Below are positions 36,199 through 46,385 of a stretch of DNA of 54,942 nt, in pieces (the stretch's first letter is position 1; each line of letters opens with the position of its first letter). The notes beneath the pieces were generated by a model that worked only from the letters and a program-made list of their open reading frames with translations, made no database searches and was not told where the DNA came from. The DNA is taken from contig JAMCZU010000006.1 of NCBI GenBank assembly GCA_023485405.1, forward strand, positions 1 through 54,942, given 5' to 3'. Source of the stretch: Patescibacteria group bacterium (GTDB lineage Bacteria > Patescibacteriota > UBA1384 > UBA12157 > JAENIV01). A program made the position numbers and the translations under genes.

Positions 36199-37112
36199 AT
36201 TGGATACCAATTACTCGTATTACGAAATTAGGTTTAACTAATTTTTGGCGTAATCGTTGGTTGTCGCTGGCCTCTACTTTGGTAATGACACTGACGCTCC
36301 TGATTATTTCAATGTTTGTCATTATGACAATGGTGATTAATAAAACTACCGATCGAATTAAATCAAAAATGGATATTACTGTTTATTTTAATGATTCGGC
36401 GACAACGGAAAATATTGCCGATTTGCAACAAAAATTGGCGGCGCGCGCTGACGTTTCGGAAGTAAAATATATTTCTAAAGAAGAAGCCTTGCAAATTTGG
36501 GAGCAAACCCAAAAAAATCAGCAAATTAAAGATTTAATTACGACTAACGATAATCCTTTGCCACGATCATTGGCAGTTAAAGCGACGACCCCGGAAAAAC
36601 TAAATGACATTGACAACTATCTTTTGTCAGATGATTTTGCGCCAATGATCCATAAAATTTCTTATGAGGAAAATAAAGTTATTATTGATAAGCTTTTAGC
36701 GATTACTGCTTTTATCAAAAAAATGGGTTGGCTTTTTTCGGGTATATTCATTATTGTTTCTATTTTAGTAATTTTAAACACCATTCGACTTGCTATTTTT
36801 ACCAGGAAAAGTGAAATTGAAATTATGCGACTAGTCGGTGCCTCTGACCGATTTATTAAAATGCCTTTTGTAATCGAAGGTGCTCTTTATGGCATTCTGG
36901 CTTGTATTTTAGCTTTTATTTTAATGTGGTTAGGGGTTTATGTCATTATTGCGTCACTGGTGACTCAGTATTTAGGGGCGGCGGTGACTGAAAATTTGAA
37001 ATCATTTTTTTCTAGTTACATTTTTTATATTATTCTGCTACAGTTTTTGGTAGGGATTGTGATTGGTGTTGGCTGTTCACTATTTAGTATTAGGAAATAT
37101 CTGAAGGTGTAA
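36195..37112 (+). CDS. ftsX: Cell-division permease-like FtsX
   Basis: TM, large extracytoplasmic loop, then three C-terminal TMs. Overlaps ftsE. Confidence 0.8.
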   Translation: MNWIPITRITKLGLTNFWRNRWLSLASTLVMTLTLLIISMFVIMTMVINKTTDRIKSKMDITVYFNDSATTENIADLQQKLAARADVSEVKYISKEEALQIWEQTQKNQQIKDLITTNDNPLPRSLAVKATTPEKLNDIDNYLLSDDFAPMIHKISYEENKVIIDKLLAITAFIKKMGWLFSGIFIIVSILVILNTIRLAIFTRKSEIEIMRLVGASDRFIKMPFVIEGALYGILACILAFILMWLGVYVIIASLVTQYLGAAVTENLKSFFSSYIFYIILLQFLVGIVIGVGCSLFSIRKYLKV

Positions 37113-37114
37113 AA

Positions 37115-38251
37115 ATGAAGAAACTAAAATTTTTAATTTTAATTGGCCTGATCGCTGTATTTGTATTTCAACCGGCTAATTTGGCTCGAGCCGATACTTT
37201 AAGTGATCTTCAGCAAAAACAGGCCGATTTAAATGTGCAAATTCAGGCAAATAGAAATGCTCTTAATGCTAAAAAACAACAAATTAAAGATACGCAAGGT
37301 ATGATTGCTAGTCTGGATAGTCAAATTGCTGCCACTGAAAACGATATCAATCTTTCAACTAGTAAAATCGAGGTGACTAATCAACAAATTAATAAACTTC
37401 AAGACGAAATTGCGCAGAAAGAAAAAGAACTCGAAATACAAAAAGAGAATCTTTATGAAACAATGCGAGTAATGTATGAAACGCCGCAGAAATCAACTAT
37501 GGAAATAGTAATTGGTTCAAATTCTCTTTCGGAAGTGGTGGATCGTGCTCAGTATATTGAATCATTGAACTATCAGATTGAAACAACAATTAAAACTATT
37601 ACTCAGCTCAAAGCCGATTTAGAAAATGAAAAAAATCAACAAGAAGTGCAAAAAGCTGATTTAGAAAAACAAAAAGCGGCTTTAGTAGAGAAGAAAAAAG
37701 GAATGGATTTGCAAAAAAATCAAAAAACTCAACTTTTAAATCAAAGCTTGTCGGAGCAGACCAGTTTTCAAACTAAGTTATCTGAGCTGACGGCAGAGCA
37801 TAGCCAAATTTCAGCAGAAATTTATTCTCAAAGAATGGCGCAGGGCGGAGTGTTTATTGGAACTTCTGATTATCCGTTTTTAAGTATTGACATACCTGAT
37901 CCTTGGAGCTTTTTAACCTCCGAATGCACGTCTTATGCTGCTTGGTATTGGAATGCTAAAGAAGGTAAAAATTGGTATAATACTCAACCAGGACGAGGTA
38001 GTGCCCGATATTGGGATGAAATTGCGAGAACCCTGGGTTATACAGTGAGTTCTACGCCGCAGATTGGTGGTTTTGTGGTTTGGCGAGGGCCGCTTTATGC
38101 TGGTGATCAGTGGGGTCATGTTGCAATCGTTGAGGCAGTTTATCCCGATGGAACAATTGATGTCTCAGAGATGAACTGGGCAAGATATTCCTATACCTAT
38201 CGGACAAGAATTAGCCCAGGTAATTGGGGATCGTATTATTATATTTATTAA
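37115..38251 (+). CDS. Secreted coiled-coil plus CHAP-domain peptidoglycan hydrolase (PcsB-like)
   Basis: Signal peptide and a long Q/E/K coiled coil. CHAP residues CTSYAAWYW and GHVAIVE. Confidence 0.75.
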   Translation: MKKLKFLILIGLIAVFVFQPANLARADTLSDLQQKQADLNVQIQANRNALNAKKQQIKDTQGMIASLDSQIAATENDINLSTSKIEVTNQQINKLQDEIAQKEKELEIQKENLYETMRVMYETPQKSTMEIVIGSNSLSEVVDRAQYIESLNYQIETTIKTITQLKADLENEKNQQEVQKADLEKQKAALVEKKKGMDLQKNQKTQLLNQSLSEQTSFQTKLSELTAEHSQISAEIYSQRMAQGGVFIGTSDYPFLSIDIPDPWSFLTSECTSYAAWYWNAKEGKNWYNTQPGRGSARYWDEIARTLGYTVSSTPQIGGFVVWRGPLYAGDQWGHVAIVEAVYPDGTIDVSEMNWARYSYTYRTRISPGNWGSYYYIY

Positions 38252-38313
38252 TTTTAAATTTTTAGATAATGTATATTTTCCTTTAAAATTTTACAGGATA
38301 ATTTTGTAAAAAT

Positions 38314-38535
38314 ATGTATATATTTTTGGTAATTTGGTTTCTTTTTCTTTTTGTCTATATTATTTTTAATATCTACGGGCTTTACAGAATTTGTGCGATG
38401 CGTTTTAAAGGTGACGCCGTCAGTCGAATGGTGCTTATTTATTTGATTTCTATATTTGTGATTATTTTTCTTTCAATTTTGTTTATTAGTCATCTCGATT
38501 GGTCAAAAAGTTTAAGAGACATATTTAGAATTTGA
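38314..38535 (+). CDS. Hypothetical small membrane protein
   Basis: Two hydrophobic segments. Confidence 0.4.
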   Translation: MYIFLVIWFLFLFVYIIFNIYGLYRICAMRFKGDAVSRMVLIYLISIFVIIFLSILFISHLDWSKSLRDIFRI

Positions 38536-38542
38536 GATTTTT

Positions 38543-39271
38543 ATGGCTGAATATCATTTTCCTATACCAGGATCAATCAAAGAAAACGAAATTGTTGTTT
38601 TTGTTCGTCGTCACTTTGTGGCTTTTTTAGGTCAATTTTTATTGGCTTTTTTGCTTTTAATTATTCCAGTGATTATTATAATCATTATTTTCGCTTTTCA
38701 TTTTGATACAAAAATATTTCAAGGCCTATTTTTAAATTTTTTGGTTTTAATTTTATCTGCCTATTATTTAGTCATTGCCACTTTTACTTTTGTTTCATGG
38801 GTGTCTTTTTATTATAATTGCTATATTATTACGAGAACAGAAATTATTGAAATTACCCAAATTGGTTTTTTTGGTCGAAAAGTCTCTCAACTCTCATTAC
38901 TTCGGGTTCAGGATGTTTCTTCTGATATTAAAGGATTTCTGGCGACTTTTTTTGCCTACGGTGATGTTTTAGTGGAAACGGCAGGTGAACGGGAAACTTT
39001 TCTTTTGCAATCCGTACCTAATCCACAAGAAATTTCTTCAAAAATTATGGCAATTCATGATGAAATAATTGAGACCGAAGGAAGACATCATCAGATTTTA
39101 GAAGGTGAAGGAGTTTTAGTACCGGGTAAAATTAAAACCGAAGAAAAGACACCGTATCAAGAACTATTAGAAAAAGAAAAAATACCAAAGCAAGAAATTT
39201 CAAAGGAAGGTGAAGTTTCAAAAGATAATTTAGATGAAGGGGGAGAAGTGGATTTGCGTAAAGAGGAATGA
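38543..39271 (+). CDS. Membrane protein with bacterial PH (bPH_2/YdbT-like) domain
   Basis: Two TM segments followed by [31 protein letters not shown]...GDVLVETAG. Confidence 0.55.
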   Translation: MAEYHFPIPGSIKENEIVVFVRRHFVAFLGQFLLAFLLLIIPVIIIIIIFAFHFDTKIFQGLFLNFLVLILSAYYLVIATFTFVSWVSFYYNCYIITRTEIIEITQIGFFGRKVSQLSLLRVQDVSSDIKGFLATFFAYGDVLVETAGERETFLLQSVPNPQEISSKIMAIHDEIIETEGRHHQILEGEGVLVPGKIKTEEKTPYQELLEKEKIPKQEISKEGEVSKDNLDEGGEVDLRKEE

Positions 39272-39894
39272 TTAAACGTTTTTATTTTATTTTAAAATTT
39301 GTTTTTGTTTTAGGTTTTATTTTTGGTTCTTTGGGACTTGAGACAGCGGCGGCGGCTGATAGTGCTGCTAGTACCGCGGTGGCTAAAAAGAAAGCAGCAG
39401 CCGAAACCAAAGCGATCTCTAAAACTAAAACTTTAGTTGCTAAATCTTCTTTGGGTGTAAAGCAGGCGGCCGTAAACGCAAAAATTGCTATTAGTAAAAA
39501 GAAAAAAACCGGTTATGTTAATCGCGGTGATATTATTGGCTACGAAGGAGGATTACCGGGTGCTCCCGGGGCTGGTTTGTCCACCGGATCTCATTTGCAT
39601 TTTGGTGTGCAAAAAAATGGCTCATTTGTTAATCCGCGTGATTATTTAGGTGGAATTTTGAGTTGGCCGCTGAGTAGTTACCGCGTGACTCAAGAATTTG
39701 GTCCGGCCGACTGGACATCTTGGTATACTTTTCATACCGGGATTGATTTGGTGGATCATTATAGTGCACCAGTTCGTGCGGCAGCGACCGGTAATATTGT
39801 TTTTGATTCACTGAGCAATGGCTATGGTCATTTAATTATTATTGATCACGGTGGTGGACTTCGTACTTATTATGGTCACTTAATTTACCCATAA
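39268..39894 (+). CDS. M23/LytM-family peptidase with apparently permuted motif order
   Basis: [21 protein letters not shown] (HxH end of the domain) precedes HTGIDL...[21 protein letters not shown] (HxxxD start of the domain). Confidence 0.6.
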   Translation: MIKRFYFILKFVFVLGFIFGSLGLETAAAADSAASTAVAKKKAAAETKAISKTKTLVAKSSLGVKQAAVNAKIAISKKKKTGYVNRGDIIGYEGGLPGAPGAGLSTGSHLHFGVQKNGSFVNPRDYLGGILSWPLSSYRVTQEFGPADWTSWYTFHTGIDLVDHYSAPVRAAATGNIVFDSLSNGYGHLIIIDHGGGLRTYYGHLIYP

Positions 39895-39938
39895 TATAAC
39901 CAAATCGAACCCCAGGGGTTCAATTTTACAGGTTGGGG
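39892..39938. repeat. Hairpin family A, variant stem (gaacccc-a-ggggttc) with flanks TAA..AACC and ACAGGTTGGGG
   Basis: Flank architecture shared with 15921-15960. Confidence 0.45.
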
Positions 39939-39949
39939 AAAATAAGAGA

Positions 39950-41818
39950 ATGGGGAAGACAAAGTATTTATTAATTTTTCTTTTTAGTCTTATTTGTGTT
40001 ATTTTGGGGACTCAAAAAACCCATGCTGTTACCAATGATCCCACTTCGGAAGTGGGAGTGGTTATCAATGAAGTAATGGCGAATGCACCGACACCAGAGG
40101 ATAAATTGGAATGGGTTGAGCTTTATAATCCAGGGGATATACCAATTGATCTCAAAAATTGGACGTTCGGTAGCAAAGTTATTTCCACGACGTCTTTAAT
40201 TTTGGAACCAGGAAAATATTTAGTTTTAGCTCGAAATAGTGATGCTTTTAAATTGCAATGGCCAAATGTGATAGCACTAATTATTCAAATTTCGATGTCT
40301 TTAACTAATAGTAATGACACAGTTATTTTAAAAAATGCTGATGGTACTTATCAGGAAGAATTCTCTTGGGTGAGCGATACTGGTGACAATATTTCTTGGG
40401 AGAGAATTGACCCATTGGTTTCTTCTAATAATAATTGGGCACCATCACTTATTATTGGTGGCACGCCAGGCGAAAAAAATTCTGTTTTTGATCTTTCGCC
40501 TCCCCTTTCGCCTACTCTTTTATCACCGCAAAATAATATGGAACTAGCAAATGCGACATCTTTAGAATTTAGTTGGCAAATTCAAAATGGTTTAAAATAT
40601 GAATTTATTTTATCAAAAGAATCTGATTTTAAAGATTTTATTTACGACGAACCAAATTTAACGACTGGAAAATTTCTAACCGAAGATTTAAAGCCGGGAA
40701 CATATTATTGGAAAGTCATTGCCACAAATATTCTTGGTGAGACATCATCAGAAATTTTTTCTTTTGAAATTTCCCCACCGATTTATTCTTCCGCCATCAT
40801 TATTAATGAAATCTATCCAGATCCTACTAGCGGTGAAGAATGGATTGAACTTTACAATGATTCGGCCGAAGATGTAAATCTAAAAAATTGGATTTTAGAA
40901 GATTTAAAAGGCAGTGTTCATCAATATAAAATTGATAATGATTTGGTTATCCTGGCTTTTGGTTATTATCAAATTTTAAAATCACAAAGCGGCATTACAC
41001 TAAATAACGACCAAGACGGCGTGCGACTGACCCGGCCGGACGGAGTTGTGCTTTTTGAAACACCAATTTTTTCTGGTGGTCAAAAAGGTTGGAGTTTTGC
41101 GAGAAATTCTACTGGTATTTGGCAGTGGACAACTGAAATCACACCAACAGCTACAAATATTGTTTCTGTACCGGTAGTCGAAGAAACTATTGTTAATGAA
41201 GAAGAAAATACTCCTAAAAACACCGCGCCAATCGAAATAAAAACCGGTGAAATTCAAAATCACGAAGATTATTTAGTTAAAATTACCGGTGCGGTGGTGG
41301 AAACTTCTGGAAACACATTTTATCTTGATGATGGTTCAGGTAAAGCCAAAATCTATATTCAGGCAGCTGCTGGCATAGACAAGCCCGAAATGCACTCCGG
41401 TGATATTTTTGAAGTCACTGGTATTGTTAATTTGTATCGTAATATTTGGCGTGTTTTGCCGCAAAAACAAGATGACATCAAATTAGTTAAAGCTAAGGAA
41501 GAAAACCAAGAAATTGTTGTCTCAAACGCTAAAAAATCTACCACCAAATCTTCAACCGCCAGTACCGCCAAAGTGGCGACTACCACCGCTAAAGCGCGGG
41601 CACCGACAAGTAAAAAAGTTGCTTCAGCAAATACAAATATTGGTAATTTAAGCAATAATATTCAGGTTGGTGGTTACAAATCATCATTTTGGATCGAAAT
41701 GATCAAGGTTGTTATTGGACTCTCTGTTGTTTTTCTGGTAATATTGATTATCAAGCTCTGGAAAATGAAAAAGGACAATTTGCCGATCGGAGGAAATTTT
41801 GGCGATGATTTCACGTAA
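39950..41818 (+). CDS. Cell-surface protein with two lamin-tail (LTD) domains, OB-like region and C-terminal TM anchor
   Basis: Signal peptide. VVINEVMANAP...EWVELYNPG and IIINEIYPDP...EWIELYNDS. C-terminal hydrophobic helix. Confidence 0.6.
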   Translation: MGKTKYLLIFLFSLICVILGTQKTHAVTNDPTSEVGVVINEVMANAPTPEDKLEWVELYNPGDIPIDLKNWTFGSKVISTTSLILEPGKYLVLARNSDAFKLQWPNVIALIIQISMSLTNSNDTVILKNADGTYQEEFSWVSDTGDNISWERIDPLVSSNNNWAPSLIIGGTPGEKNSVFDLSPPLSPTLLSPQNNMELANATSLEFSWQIQNGLKYEFILSKESDFKDFIYDEPNLTTGKFLTEDLKPGTYYWKVIATNILGETSSEIFSFEISPPIYSSAIIINEIYPDPTSGEEWIELYNDSAEDVNLKNWILEDLKGSVHQYKIDNDLVILAFGYYQILKSQSGITLNNDQDGVRLTRPDGVVLFETPIFSGGQKGWSFARNSTGIWQWTTEITPTATNIVSVPVVEETIVNEEENTPKNTAPIEIKTGEIQNHEDYLVKITGAVVETSGNTFYLDDGSGKAKIYIQAAAGIDKPEMHSGDIFEVTGIVNLYRNIWRVLPQKQDDIKLVKAKEENQEIVVSNAKKSTTKSSTASTAKVATTTAKARAPTSKKVASANTNIGNLSNNIQVGGYKSSFWIEMIKVVIGLSVVFLVILIIKLWKMKKDNLPIGGNFGDDFT

Positions 41819-42296
41819 TACAGGGGAGACAATTGAATCTGCTCAAAAATTTGCTAAAAAATTAAAAGGTGGGGAGACAATTGGTTTAATTGGCGATTTG
41901 GGTGCTGGCAAGACCGTTTTTGTTAAAGGTTTAGCCGAAGAATTGGGAATTAAAGAAGCAATTACTAGTCCTACTTTTGTAATTTTGAAGGAATATGATA
42001 TTTTACGACCCAGACCCCACCTGTCAGGTGGAGGGAAGGGGTTAAAAAAGCTTATTCATATTGATACCTATCGGGTAGAAAATATCGAAGATATTAAATC
42101 GGTCGGGATTGAAGATTATTTTGGCCGCAAAGATATTATTATAGTAGTGGAATGGGCCGAAAAAATTAAAAAACTTTTACCAAAAAATACTATTTATATA
42201 AACTTTAAACATATTGACAAAAATTCTCGGGAAATATCAATTTTTAACCGAGTGTCCACCTACGAGGTGGACAACGGGTTTAGGGGTACAAAATGA
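41799..42296 (+). CDS. tsaE: tRNA t6A biosynthesis ATPase TsaE, carrying repeat-derived in-frame segments
   Basis: GDLGAGKT P-loop, SPTFV and HIDTYR. Confidence 0.75.
   Translation: MAMISRNTGETIESAQKFAKKLKGGETIGLIGDLGAGKTVFVKGLAEELGIKEAITSPTFVILKEYDILRPRPHLSGGGKGLKKLIHIDTYRVENIEDIKSVGIEDYFGRKDIIIVVEWAEKIKKLLPKNTIYINFKHIDKNSREISIFNRVSTYEVDNGFRGTK
42245..42287. repeat. Hairpin family A copy inside the tsaE 3' coding end (loop inverted: acg instead of cgt)
   Basis: taacc-gag-tgtccacct-acg-aggtggaca-acgggtttagggg. Confidence 0.8.
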
Positions 42297-42655
42297 TTTT
42301 AGATATTAATACCACCAGGCGTGAGAAAATTTATTTAATACTTTATAAAGAGAAATCGCAGAAATGTTTTGAGTTTGAGACCCAAGATCAAAGTGCGGAT
42401 TTGTTAGTGGTAATTGAGAAAATACTAAAACAGCAAAAAACATTATTAAAAAACTTAAAAGCAATCATGATTAATATCGGTCCCGGTTCTTTTACAGGAG
42501 TAAGAGTAGGGGTGACGGTCGCTAATACTCTTGCTTGGACATTGGATATTCCAATTTACGGTTACAAAGAAGGCGAGCAAGATAAGATTTTTGGTGAGGC
42601 GATTAAAAATCGTCAAAATAAATTTTCAAAATCAGTAATCCCCTATTACCAATAA
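42293..42655 (+). CDS. tsaB: TsaB-like protein (short, N-terminal domain only)
   Basis: INIGPGSFTGVRVGVTVANTLAW. ATGA overlap with tsaE. Confidence 0.7.
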   Translation: MILDINTTRREKIYLILYKEKSQKCFEFETQDQSADLLVVIEKILKQQKTLLKNLKAIMINIGPGSFTGVRVGVTVANTLAWTLDIPIYGYKEGEQDKIFGEAIKNRQNKFSKSVIPYYQ

Positions 42656-42720
42656 TTTTCAATTTTAAATTTTCAATTATTGATGATATACTATAGTTGT
42701 ATCCCATAAAGGAGATATTT

Positions 42721-44079
42721 TTGTTTAGAAAAAAAGTACAACCTGTCCCAATGCAACCGCGGGAAGTGAAAATTTCTCGCAATCCATGGAAAAAGAAATT
42801 AAAATGGTTTATTTTGGGTATTTTTTTGATTATCTTGGGGGTTGGTCTTTGGATTGGTGTTTCGGCTAATCGGGCAATCAAAAATATAACCACGGATGGT
42901 AATAATAAATCTTCCTTACTTTCTTTTTTGGGCGATTTTAACTCAACTAATATTAAGGGAAAGAGTGAAGGTCGGACCAATATTTTAATTTTAGGTATGG
43001 GTGGTGGTAACCATCCGGGCGGAAACTTATCTGACACGATGATTGTGGCCTCGATTGATTATAAAGACAATAAATTGGGTCTAATGAATATTCCGCGTGA
43101 TTTGTGGGTGCCAATCCCAGGTTTTGGTCATGCTAAAATTAATGAAGCTTATGCTGATGGCGAAAAAAATAAAAGTACGGCTGGCAGTGGTGGGCAGCTT
43201 TCAAGCAAAACAGTTGAAAATATTTTAGGAATTCCGATTCATTATTATTTACGACTTGATTTCGAAGGGTTTAAAAAGTTAGTAGATACGGTTGGTGGCG
43301 TGGATGTTTACGTGGAAAAAGATCTTTCAGATCCATATTATCCAGCCGATAATATGATTGACTATAGCCCATTTAAAATTTCGACTGGTAATCATCATCT
43401 TGACGGTGCTTTAGCCTTAAAATATGTCCGTTCGAGGGAGACTACTTCTGATTTTGATCGCTCGCGCCGTCAACAACAAGTAATGGCGGCCGTTAAAGAA
43501 AAGATTTTAACTTTAGATATTTTAGCTAATCCGAAAAAAGTCACGGATCTGATTAATATTTTAGGTGATCATATTAGGACGAACATGCAAGTAGACGAAC
43601 TTTACGCTCTTTGGAATGCAAGTAAATCAATTGATATGACCAATGTGACTAATAAAGTTTTAGATACTTCTCCTAACGGACCATTGACCTCGTCTCAAGA
43701 TTATCGCGGTTATTATATTTATCCTCGTAAAGGCATTGATAATTTTACCGAGCTGCAGTTAATGGCTAAAAATCTTTTTCAAGCAGGTTCAAGCAGTGAT
43801 ATTAATTCAGCCAAAGTCGAAATTCTTAATGGCACGAGTCGAAGCGGTACTGCTTCGACAGTTTCTCAATATCTAAAAAGTTACGGTTATAATGTAACAA
43901 AAATTGATACAGCCAGAAATAAAGTTAGCAAAACGATTGTTTATGATTATTCAGGTGGGAAATACCATGTTTTAGCTCAAGCAATTGCTGATCAGTTGAA
44001 AGCGAGTCTTGATACAAAAGAGGGCAGTATTCCTAATATTGATATTCAAGTTATTGTTGGAGAAGATTATTTAAAGTAG
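42721..44079 (+). CDS. LytR-CpsA-Psr (LCP) family protein with C-terminal LytR_C-like domain
   Basis: TNILILGMGG..LSDTMIVASID, NIPRDLWV and RSRETTSDFDR. TTG at 42721 lies 5 nt after AAGGAGA. Confidence 0.8.
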   Translation: MFRKKVQPVPMQPREVKISRNPWKKKLKWFILGIFLIILGVGLWIGVSANRAIKNITTDGNNKSSLLSFLGDFNSTNIKGKSEGRTNILILGMGGGNHPGGNLSDTMIVASIDYKDNKLGLMNIPRDLWVPIPGFGHAKINEAYADGEKNKSTAGSGGQLSSKTVENILGIPIHYYLRLDFEGFKKLVDTVGGVDVYVEKDLSDPYYPADNMIDYSPFKISTGNHHLDGALALKYVRSRETTSDFDRSRRQQQVMAAVKEKILTLDILANPKKVTDLINILGDHIRTNMQVDELYALWNASKSIDMTNVTNKVLDTSPNGPLTSSQDYRGYYIYPRKGIDNFTELQLMAKNLFQAGSSSDINSAKVEILNGTSRSGTASTVSQYLKSYGYNVTKIDTARNKVSKTIVYDYSGGKYHVLAQAIADQLKASLDTKEGSIPNIDIQVIVGEDYLK

Positions 44080-44083
44080 GCTC

Positions 44084-44656
44084 ATGAAAATTATTTCTAA
44101 GTATCTTTGGGAGATTTTAGGCGCTCTTGTTCTTATTTTGGTTGTCCTCGGGTTTTTTTATTTTGAAACATCAACTATTCTTCGAGTGTTAGTAGTAATC
44201 TTGGGGTTACTAAGTTTGATGGCAATTCGTAGTGCCAGTGAGATTTTAGCTCTTTTAATTTTTTATTTAGGTTTATATGATTTTTATAACATTCGTTATG
44301 GTTTAGCTGTACCTTTGTTTCTGATTATTCTAACTGTTTTTGGTTTAACCATATTTACCTTTTCTCTTTGGATTCATTTCCAAAAGTTATCTCAAAGACA
44401 AGATAAAAATATTTTGTGGCTTTATGGTATTACTACTGGTTTAATTGCCATGGAAATATTTTTAACCATGTCTTTCTGGCCAGTTGAACCGAAGGTAAAA
44501 AGTTTAGTCATTGTGGTGGTTTTTTATATCATTTCACGAATATTTTACTTGTATATTAATAATGTGTTAAACTCAAAAAAGATAGTAGTTTTTATTTTAA
44601 TTTCTTTGCTTATTTTGGGGGCGGTTCTAGCTTTTAATCTGTTTTTTGGATTTTAA
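44084..44656 (+). CDS. Hypothetical polytopic membrane protein
   Basis: Six hydrophobic segments. Confidence 0.5.
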   Translation: MKIISKYLWEILGALVLILVVLGFFYFETSTILRVLVVILGLLSLMAIRSASEILALLIFYLGLYDFYNIRYGLAVPLFLIILTVFGLTIFTFSLWIHFQKLSQRQDKNILWLYGITTGLIAMEIFLTMSFWPVEPKVKSLVIVVVFYIISRIFYLYINNVLNSKKIVVFILISLLILGAVLAFNLFFGF

Positions 44657-44664
44657 GGAGTGGC

Positions 44665-45615
44665 ATGAAAATAAATTTTTCGAACTTTAAGTTTAAATTC
44701 AAAAATTTCTTTGTAAATTTAATTTATCGTTTAAAACCACGATGGCAATTTCGTTGGATTTTAACTTTTGTCATTTGGATAATAGTTCTTGCTTATGTTG
44801 GCTTTGGCATCTATTTTGGCCGAGAAATTTATATTAAACATTCAGAAAATTCAAAAGTTGTTTTCTCTACAAAAATTTATCCATTTCCCGCCGCTTTTGT
44901 GGGCGGAAACATTATTTGGACCAAAGAATATTATCAACAACTTTCTTATATTAGAAGATTTTCCGATAAAACAAAACAAGCTACTCCTTCAGAACAAGAT
45001 TTAAGGGCTCAAATCATTGATCAGCTGATTGAAAACCGACTTTTAAGTTGGGAAGCGGCCAAAAATGGGATCAGAGTTACTTCTAAAGACGTGGATGATG
45101 CTTTTGGAAAAATCGTTGATCAAAGTGGGGGACTAGCCAATGTACAAAAAACTTTAAGAGATCTCTACGATATGTCAGAGAGTGAATTTAAGGGTTTAGT
45201 GCATGATCAAGTGGTCAAAGAAAAAATTCAAGATGAACTAATTGCTCAAGTTAAAGTTTCACATATTTTAGTTAAAGATGAAGGACGGGCTAACGAAGTA
45301 GCACAGAAAGCAAAAAATGGTGAAGATTGGGCTGGATTGGCTAAAACTTATTCTGAAGATATTAAAACTCGTGATAGTGCCGGTGACCTTGGTTGGTTAG
45401 CGCGGGGAAATTTAGTGATTGACAATAAACAGGTGCCTGAATTTGAAGAAGCCGCTTTTGCGGCTAAAATTGGTGAAATTTTTGGACCAGTTAAATCTCA
45501 AGTCGGTTTTCAAATTGGCAAAGTTGAGGACAAAAAAGGAAAAGTTCAACTCTCGTATAATAATTGGTTAAGTAATATCAAAAAAGAAACTAAGATATAC
45601 ATCTTTATAAAATGA
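44665..45615 (+). CDS. Membrane-anchored parvulin-type peptidyl-prolyl isomerase (PrsA/SurA-like)
   Basis: VSHILVKDE...GDLGWLARG...FGPVKSQVGFQI. Confidence 0.75.
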   Translation: MKINFSNFKFKFKNFFVNLIYRLKPRWQFRWILTFVIWIIVLAYVGFGIYFGREIYIKHSENSKVVFSTKIYPFPAAFVGGNIIWTKEYYQQLSYIRRFSDKTKQATPSEQDLRAQIIDQLIENRLLSWEAAKNGIRVTSKDVDDAFGKIVDQSGGLANVQKTLRDLYDMSESEFKGLVHDQVVKEKIQDELIAQVKVSHILVKDEGRANEVAQKAKNGEDWAGLAKTYSEDIKTRDSAGDLGWLARGNLVIDNKQVPEFEEAAFAAKIGEIFGPVKSQVGFQIGKVEDKKGKVQLSYNNWLSNIKKETKIYIFIK

Positions 45616-46298
45616 AAAAAACCGTTTGGGCAGTCATATTAGTGATAATGGGTTTATTTTTTGTGGTGTATTTTCGTGGAGAAAAGTATCCAAGGAAACA
45701 AGTAATTGAATCTACGCTTTTTGAACCTCCTGTTCAAAATGAGGTTGAAAATACTCCCTTTGATCTAGACTATAAAGGTTTTAAGTATAAGCTTACCCCT
45801 CGTTATGAATATAGTTTGTATGGTATGGTTTTGGCTTATCATTATAGCGATTCTTGGATTGATATTAGTCATAAAAATGATCCGTATAACACTGAAGATA
45901 TATGCGTAATGTGGGGAAGAGATATTAATACGGAAATTTATCGTAAAATGAAATTTTCTCATGGTGACTGGACTTGCTACGCTGATTTTAAAAGTAGTGC
46001 TTCTTCGACTGATTATCAGCAATTTAATAGTAACGAGATTTCTAATAATCATTTAATTCCGGCTAATGATTATATTAATGGTTTAATGAGACAAGCGAAA
46101 AATGGCGATCAAATATATATAAAAGGTTATTTGGTAGATTATGAAGTGTTTAATACCGAAGGTCAAAAAGTGGGTGGACGCCAGACAAGTACAACAGTTG
46201 AGGATCAAAAATGCGAAGTAATTTATGTCACAGATTTTAAAATTCTTAAAAAATATACTTTTCTTGAGCATTTAGAATCTGGTGTTGGTCTAAAATAA
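45612..46298 (+). CDS. Hypothetical protein with N-terminal TM
   Basis: ORF with host-like composition. No family recognised. Confidence 0.5.
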   Translation: MKKTVWAVILVIMGLFFVVYFRGEKYPRKQVIESTLFEPPVQNEVENTPFDLDYKGFKYKLTPRYEYSLYGMVLAYHYSDSWIDISHKNDPYNTEDICVMWGRDINTEIYRKMKFSHGDWTCYADFKSSASSTDYQQFNSNEISNNHLIPANDYINGLMRQAKNGDQIYIKGYLVDYEVFNTEGQKVGGRQTSTTVEDQKCEVIYVTDFKILKKYTFLEHLESGVGLK

Positions 46299-46302
46299 AA
46301 AA

Positions 46303-46374
46303 TGGTGGTCAATCGTAGACAATATTAGAACTGCGATTATGAATCATGAGAGCGAAATTGTAATTCCAAAAATA
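46303..46374 (+). repeat. 72-bp direct repeat, copy A
   Basis: 58 of 72 positions identical to 47147-47218 by my count. Confidence 0.8.
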
Positions 46375-46385
46375 GCTCCCATCTC

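Noticed and set aside
46291-46380. Translational read-through or +1 frameshift from CDS 45612-46298 into the 72-bp repeat frame (KKWWSIVDNIRTAIMN..)
   Set aside because: There is no convincing slippery site at aaa-taa-aaa, and the second repeat copy is not preceded by a gene in any frame. This is too speculative to report as recoding.
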